Below, piece after piece: positions 56,250 to 64,000 of a stretch of 64,000 bases of DNA. Below the pieces are notes generated by a model. That model did not search any database and had not been told where the DNA came from. It saw only the letters and a list, made by a program, of their open reading frames with translations. Location: NCBI RefSeq assembly GCF_026210795.1, contig NC_089431.1:4836001-4900000 (forward strand), in the 5' to 3' direction. Made by a program: the position numbers and the translations under genes. Origin of the DNA: Rhizophagus irregularis. Lineage: Eukaryota. Every line of letters begins with the position of its first letter. Positions within the stretch are counted from its first letter, which is position 1.

Positions 56250-56935
56250 TAAACGCTGTTCGAATTTCTTCCCTTTTAAAAACAAACTGTTGGTCCTTCA
56301 TTTGAATTAGCATTCGTGCATTTATAAGCTAATTTCTTATAAAATTTAGGAGTTCCTTTTTTTTATTATAAAAAGGTAGTTTCCCAAATGATAATCTGTC
56401 ATAATTACACCAAAACTATAAATATCAGATGATGATGTATATGATTCTCCATTTAAGCCTTCTGGTGCAATATATGGTAACTGTGTATACTTTATCGTCT
56501 GGTTTCATTTCCACTATGAAAATCTAAGAATTCACATAGTATACGGATGAATCACTTAATAATTCAATTTTTTTTTTCTCTTATAATATTGCTAAAATTA
56601 TTTGAAAAATTATTTCTCGAATTTCTTTATCGGCAAATTCTTTAGTATATCTATAAAATAGTAATCCATAACCTTCAATGTATTTTAAGCTATATTCGCA
56701 ACAAATTACGGAATATACTTTGGGCAAATCCTCATCTATCAAATGTTATTCAAGAAATTCATCAATATAATCTTCATCAACTTTACTAATTATTACATCA
56801 TACATCGTATGATCGTATCTCAGGATTTCCAATGGTTCATTCTTTCATTATCCTATATGGGAAATTCTATACACTAATTCTTCGGTAAAAGTTTTATCTG
56901 ATGAGATATTTAATTTGTTAAACTCGGTTTTCATT
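56250..56935 (-). pseudogene. Degraded kinase
   Basis: QLPYIAPEGLNGESYTSSSDIYSFGVIM and GTPKFYKKLAYKC fragments. Confidence 0.7.
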
Positions 56936-57213
56936 GGTTAATTTTGAAATTTAATTTCACTGAAGAATAAATTTTTTCTTTTTCAATTTTTTTTTATTAT
57001 TTCTTTTTTATGTTTATTATTTATGTTACCATAAATTCAAAAGTTTATTTTCTTTCGGGGAATATCTTTGCGACGCAATGATCTGCGTTAAGTAAATTTC
57101 TAAATTTTTGCAAGGATTCCTTAAAATAAACCATGTCAATAAATAAATAAATGTTAATGAAAATAATGAGAGAGATTGATCTTACAGAAATTTAAGATTG
57201 TAAGAAGCAGGTT

Positions 57214-57453
57214 TACTATGAATAAAATATATACTTAAAATGTACTTTAAAATAGACTTAAATACTTAAAATATAATTAAAATTTTAACATCTACAGAAT
57301 ACATCTAAAATGTAATTAAATTATTGTAATTTAAGAAAATGCATTTGGCGTTGCTAGGTTGGTAATATGTAAAAAATGCAATTTTAAGTATATTTTAAGT
57401 ATAATTTAAAATTTAGATATACTCTTAGTAAATTTTTTTTTTTTTCATACAGT
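57214..57453. mobile_element. Degenerate MITE with tacttaaaa/ttttaagta subterminal repeats, related to sequence at about 27257-27600 and 28770-28830
   Basis: ctatgaataaaatatatacttaaaat ... attttaagtatattttaagtat ... ttttttcatacag. Confidence 0.5.
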
Positions 57454-58538
57454 AAGGTTATCTGCGGTTTGATTCAGGAATAAATTAGTATGTAAAATGT
57501 GTACAAACTGAACGTCCCAACAAACAAAAACTCAATACCTAAATACCCATAAAAACCATCTTTACACCGACTCAGCCAAACATCGTCGGAACTTTTTTGG
57601 CTCAACAGTTACGTGGTACGTTTGTTGACAAGTCACGTTTATCACGCTTAAACGTTCCTAAAAGACCCTTTATCTCAAAAAAAGCTAGAAACTATTAAAA
57701 ATTTTCTTATTTAATTATTTCATAATTTGATTACTTTTTGTATAAATAAATTATAATTTACAAAGTTGAAATTTATTTTAAGATATGGAAATATAGATAA
57801 ATTCAAGTATGTTTTCATCCAACCTTCAAAAAATGACTGTTTTAACAATCGCTCAAAAGTTTTGGAATACTATATATATAAAAATGTATGACATTAGTAT
57901 GACGGTAATCCAAAGAACTAAATCATTAATTCAGAGATAAAAAAAATGCAGTAATATAAATACACAGTATTTAATTTGTTAGTACGAAAATTTAAAGTTG
58001 TACAAAATTTAAAGTTGTTCTTATGTATTAGTATAATTTTATTAGATTTTGTAAACGTACGTACTATCAAAATATAAGGGCGTACGCCCATCAACGTTCA
58101 GTATTATTACCTATCCAAAAGGATGAATAAATGTGATTAAGCTACATATGATTTATTATAAGTGTCATGTCGTACTATAATTGTGTGCCAGTTTTATCGA
58201 TCATTTACTATAATCAGAAGGGATGTTTAACTGTCACCGATCATGTGATTGACGAGTTCATGTTGTTCTCAGCTGACGTTTTTTTTTGAGTGGTCTAAAA
58301 CTTATTTGCCATCCGTTATTTGTCATCGCTGCGCTACCAACCTGGTACACAAAAAAGTTGTGCAGTAAAACATATTGCTACACAAATCGAAAGAAGAGGC
58401 AGCTTATATATCACAAGCTTAATATTTATGTTAAAACGATCTGTAAAAGATTAAATAATTTTTTTGTCAAAAAGTTGTTTATTAAAACTGTACCATTAAC
58501 AAATTGGAAATATTTTTTTTTTATAAAAAAAATTATAT

Positions 58539-58632
58539 ATGGACGATAATAAATTTTTTACAAATGATGATGATTATTATGATGTAACAATTGAAATTGG
58601 TAATGAGCAGCCTTATGTAAAAGTGTTTCATT
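58539..58632 (+). pseudogene. BTB exon-1 fragment
   Basis: NDDDYYDVTIEIGNEQPYVKVFH. Confidence 0.65.
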
Positions 58633-59117
58633 ACTGCGTCTGATCTATTCCTTATTTATTATTACGCCAAATTGTTATTAGCATGTAATTAATGATGTAA
58701 TAATTTCTTTTATTTATTCAATTTTATTTTTTTTTTTCATTAAGCCATATATTTTATTAAAAACCTATATTTGCAATCCATTATTACATAATCAATATAA
58801 TCAAGGAATAACTATCTATTCATTAAGTATAACAACCAAATTTGCTTAAACATGCATTAAAAAAAAAATAAATAAAAGTATACTAAGTATAGCTAGAAAA
58901 AAAAAATTAGAAAGTCGATAATATGGAGTAGAAACATATTATATCAGTATATTTTCTTTTTTTGGTCATGAGGCGTCAAATACTACGCCTAAAGGTTACA
59001 AATTTATGTGGCACAACATGAAGTTTGATCAACAATTTGCATTTTATTAATTTATTACGGTTTGAATGAACGAACTTAAAATAATTCTTTCTTTTCCCTT
59101 AATTTATAAATTACATT

Positions 59118-61461
59118 ATGTCCACTCTTCGACATGAATTAATTAATGCAACAATTGGTAGGACATTTATATTATTAGATACTAATATTTACAATAATAT
59201 ACACAAACAATTTGAATTTCAAAAACAAACAGTCCTTGCTGATAAAATTCTTACAAATGATGAAAAAACTGAAGCAATAAGATTATTAACTAAAATTTAT
59301 GATCGAAGTAAAGTTATTTTTAATTCAGGAACAAAAAGAATTTGTGAAAATTGTAACCAAGAATGTTTAGCCACATTATATTGTGAATATTGTGTCTGAA
59401 AATATTTAAAAGAAAATTTTTCAAATTGGACATCTGGGAATGATGATGTTGATGATTTAATACAGAAATGTCAAATAGAATCACTTAATCCACAAATGAT
59501 AGTTGAATGGATTCCATATAATAATTTGGAAAATATTAATTATTTGACAAAAGGTGGATTCTCTGAAATCTATACAGCAGACTGGATTAATGGATATTAT
59601 GAAGAATGGGATTCTGAAAAAAAAACAATTAATAGAGTTAAAAGACTTGGAATACAGAACATAGTGGCAAAAGTAGTACTTAAAGCGTTAGAAAATGTTG
59701 AAAGTGCAAATCAAAGTTGGTTTGAAGAGGTTTGTATTATTATATTCTAAATTTATTGTATAAAATTATACAATCTTTATATTAATATGAGTATTTTCAC
59801 AAATTATTATCTTTTAGGCTAAATCACATTTAGCTATAAGTAATAAATGGGCGTGTGTTGTTAATTGTTATGGTTTAACACAAAATCCATCAAATGGAAA
59901 TTATATGCTTGTAATGAATGAAATGGATATAGATTTAAGAAAATATTTACGACAAAATCATAATCAACTTACATGGAAAGATAGAATTAATATTTCTTAT
60001 GAAATAATTTTTGCACTTTATTATATTCATGATGAGAAAGCAGTTCATAGAGATTTACATTCCGGAAATATATTATATTCAAAATTTAATGATAGGTGGT
60101 TAATTAGTGATCTTGGATTTTGTGGACCTGCTGATAAATCTTCAACAAGTATATATGGAAACCTTCCTTACATAGCACCCGAAGTTATCGTTGGAAGAGA
60201 GTATACTTTTACATCTGATATTTATAGTATTGCAATTCTTATGTGGGAAATTTCATCTGGACAAACACCATTTATAAATTATGAACATGAAAATGATATT
60301 GTAATGAATATTATACACGGTATAAGGCCAAAAATTGTGACAGGAACTCCATTAGAATATAAAAATTTAATGAAAGAATGTTGGGATGCTGATCCATTAA
60401 AAAGACTTGACGCTTATGCACTTATGAAAAAAATGGAAAAAATTCATTTAGATTATCAAAATATACCAGATGAATTGATCAAATCAGTAATAGATAATTT
60501 AGAAATGAATAAAGTAGAAGAAAATTATACGAGTAGCGAATTATTTACAAGTAAAATTCACAACTTTGAAAATCTACCTGAACCAAGAAATGCAACAGAA
60601 GGTATAATTGTATAATATTTTATTAATGAATGTATTTATTTTAAAATACATTATTAATGTTATCTTTTATTATATTAATAGAAGAACAAGAAGGTATAAC
60701 CGTATAATAATAATTTCCACTATTTTTTTAGTTACTAAAATAATTTACTTTATTTTACTACCAATAGCGTTTCATAGTAAATTGTATGATTTTAACATTC
60801 CTAATAATAGTAAGTATTTATTAACATTACAGCGTTGAATTATCATATAATGATGTTTAATAATTGATATTTATTTTAGTTAACGATTTTAATAAATCAA
60901 ATAAGCAGAACAGTAACAAATCATCGAAAATAGTTACCATTTTTAGAGGTAATGTATTTTAATTATTTTCAAATCAAAGATTGATTTTTATATATTAAAT
61001 CAATAACTTAAATTTTAGATAGTAGTAAAAAAATATCTAAATTATTTAAAAAGTTGCAAATAAATTCAAATGGTAAGAATAGTAATAAATTACTAGCAAA
61101 TAAAATGCATTATTATATCAATTTTATTTATTTATTAAACACGACTTTATTTAATTTAGATGATGAAAAAGAAATAACTCAACAACAAATAAAAGGGCAA
61201 AATATTAATGTCGATGGTAGGTTGAAAATTTTACGTAATAATAAACAAATTTTATATTATTTTAATTCTATTTATTTATTTTTTTTCTTTATAGATGAAG
61301 ACGAAGTATATAATAATCCAAATTTTCATTCAAAAGAGCAAGATGAACTGGAAATTCCTGATGGTAAGATCTTAAAATAAATTAGAAAAATAATAAATTT
61401 CTTTATAAAGCAAATAATTAATTTATAATTTGTTATTTTTTAATCTTTAGATGGATTTTAA
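59118..61461 (+). pseudogene. TKL kinase gene with one in-frame TGA (59397-59399) and a tail of seven small exons
   Basis: CEYCV*KYLKENFSNWTSGN stays in frame through the stop. Kinase motifs KGGFSEIY, VHRDLHSGN, DLGF, IAPE. Tail exons splice to EEQEAFHSKLYDF...ELEIPDDGF*. Confidence 0.8.
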
Positions 61462-64000
61462 ATTATTTAAATCAATAATTTTTTTTTTTGTATATTTTAA
61501 ATTATTATCATTTATTTATTTATCTTGGATTATTTAAACACTAAGACTAGAGTAGTAAATGTTTACAAAATTCTTAGTTTGTAATTTAAATAATTTTGAT
61601 AAATTTATTCAAATTATTAAATGTATAAATAACCAATAAAAATTAAAAATACTTACAACCGTATATTGATTTAAGTATCTTAACGTAATTTATGTAATAA
61701 AATTTGTAAAATCATGACAGATTATTCCATTCGTTAATTAAAACAAGTTGAAAGAAAGTATTACAAGAAGCGACGTAAATATTGTCAGTGTACATGATCT
61801 ATGTTAAAATTTTGTTTTTATTTATAATAAATTGGTTAAATTGTTAAAAATCTTTTGTTTAAACTTATAAATATTAATTTTACACAAGATAGTTAAATGG
61901 CTTCAATTATTGAAACAATTCATATAACACATAACAAGTAGCGAAACATTTTTTTTTGAAAATCACAATGATCCTAATATTTGATCGAATTTTTCAAACA
62001 AAAATTATTTCAACATTTATAATAATAAGATTTCATACATAAAATTTCCTAGCTTATAATTTACTATCTAATAAATTTTAAGTTATTAGTAAATATGCAG
62101 TATAGCTTTCAACTTTTTCTTTTTTTTGGTTATAAACTTTTAATGAATCTATAATAAAATAAAAAAATTCTAGAGTTAGAAAATTAAATAATATAAGTAA
62201 TAAAATAAGGGAATTAAAGGATAATATAAAAAGAAAAACTATAATCAATATGTGTGATAAGAAAGTTAAAGTTGATAAAAATGAATTGATAACTTGGGAT
62301 AATAATAATAGCGTAATTTATAGCATGTAAGAAGAAAATAGCAAAATAAAAAAATTATCATAATATTGTGTTACATTTGATATCTATAGCAGAAGATAAG
62401 GATGAAAATTCACCTAGTTTGGAATTGTGTGGAGATTGTAATTTAAATATAAGTAAATTAAATGATAAGAGAAAGAAAAGTAATTTATTTAGAGAATAAA
62501 GAAAATAAGATTATTAATTATAGGAAAGAAATGGAAATATAATAATTTGTGTAAAATGTTACGTAAGATTAATAATGAAGAAGTTTAATATGAAAATTGA
62601 TGTAATTTGATTATTTGATAAATGGGAATGGAGAAAAATTATTGAAATTAAAAAATTAATTCTAGAGATGATAAAATAGTTTGTTATGTAATGGTTTCAG
62701 TGTGTAAGATATCAGGATCTGATTAATGATAAAAGAATAAAATTTTTCAACGCTATAATTAATATAAGAAATTAATATGATAGAGGAATCTTGCTTGGAA
62801 TAATTATAAATTTATTGGTGGTAAAAAATATATAACAATTTATTTGTTAACCAAAAAAAGAAGATGGGATTACATCAATAAAACAAAAAAAAATTCCATA
62901 TTATTAAGGAAATAGGTTTAATGATAAACCACATAATTTTGAATGATTATGTCTTGTTTTAGAAGAAAAATATTGTATATGGGAATTGTAGAAATCGGGT
63001 CAAGAGAAAAACAAATAGTTAATGTGTAGAAAATTAGGATATTATTGCTAAAAGTATACTTCAAATCAAAAAAATGAACAAATCGATGAGTTATTATGAA
63101 AGAACATACAAGATTAAAAATCTATTAAAAGAATTATCTACGTACAGTATTTATCTAATAAAATTTATGCCCAAGATGTGAATCAAATATAGAAGATTGG
63201 AGGCACATACAGATTTGCAGATAATGAATATACAAAATTGGATATAACGATAATGATTAAAACAATTATAGAATAAAAACTATGTATATTGAAAGATTGC
63301 TCAAAAACAATCTGTAATATAAGTTGAAAACAATTGTAAGAAATCATTTGAAATTAATCACACATGGTTTGTTTAATAGAAAATTTGAAAAATTAGCATA
63401 AATTAATCCTTGTTGCAATGCAACATTTACAGCTAGTTAAAAAATATTAAAATATCAAATTAATAAGCTTTAAAAATAGAGATGTGAAAAACACAATTTT
63501 AGGAGAGTTCTGATCTAGATCTGTATTGGTCAGATTTTTAGCATTTATATTCTGACCAGACCAAGTTTTAATTAGGTAATGAATTTATACTTCTAAAGAC
63601 TAAAATAAGATTGCTGATTATTACATTAGAATTATACAAATTATTATTTTTAATAATCCTTCAGAACTAGAAATAGAATCATGTAACAGAAAATCTTTTG
63701 CTGCAATTCTATGCCAGAATTACACGAGTAAAAATCTTTTTCAAAACTTGAAATAGGTTTTTTGGCCACAAGATCGAAAATCTTTAGAAGTTTTTTCAAC
63801 TGGATACTTGAATTATGTAAATCAATTTTCTATAAACTTGAAATATACTACTGAATATCTTTCAGAATTGCACGAATAAAAATCTTCTACAAAACATGAA
63901 TATGCTACGATTTCTCTATTAAAATCACATAGCTGAAAATATTTACTAGTCTCAAAATTTTTTTCATAATAGCTTCTAATCTAAACCACATCGTGGCAAC

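Noticed and set aside
62040..63480. Purine-rich stretch that looks like a decayed coding region
   Set aside because: It has many stops and no motif I can recognise. A translated homology search would be needed.

Overview
Very AT-rich, intron-rich eukaryotic genomic DNA. The gene content fits an arbuscular mycorrhizal fungus (Rhizophagus-like, Glomeromycotina); this is an inference from expanded BTB-BACK-TLDc and TKL-type kinase families. The window holds about 7 BTB-BACK-TLDc genes or pseudogenes, 3 near-complete kinase genes plus several kinase relics, a class III-type alcohol dehydrogenase, a Fic-domain gene, several non-autonomous DNA elements (MITEs, a Helitron, a foldback) and tandem repeats. 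The main observation concerns the 5-kb apparent satellite at about 14.2-19.3 kb. Read on the minus strand it is an array of near-identical ~85-110 nt spliceosomal introns (GTAAGT or GCAAGT ... CTAAC ... TAG), each separated by a 3-nt exon. Joining a 19-nt ATG exon, 52 three-nt exons and one 1-nt exon gives a stop-free frame that runs into the downstream kinase. The predicted N-terminus is MDKCIKDWYDFGRNWIENWIERKNYWIERKKNWIERKNYWIERKNYWIKRKIENGNSFKFGKSGN. Three damaged units must be corrected or skipped for this reading, and transcript evidence is needed to confirm it.
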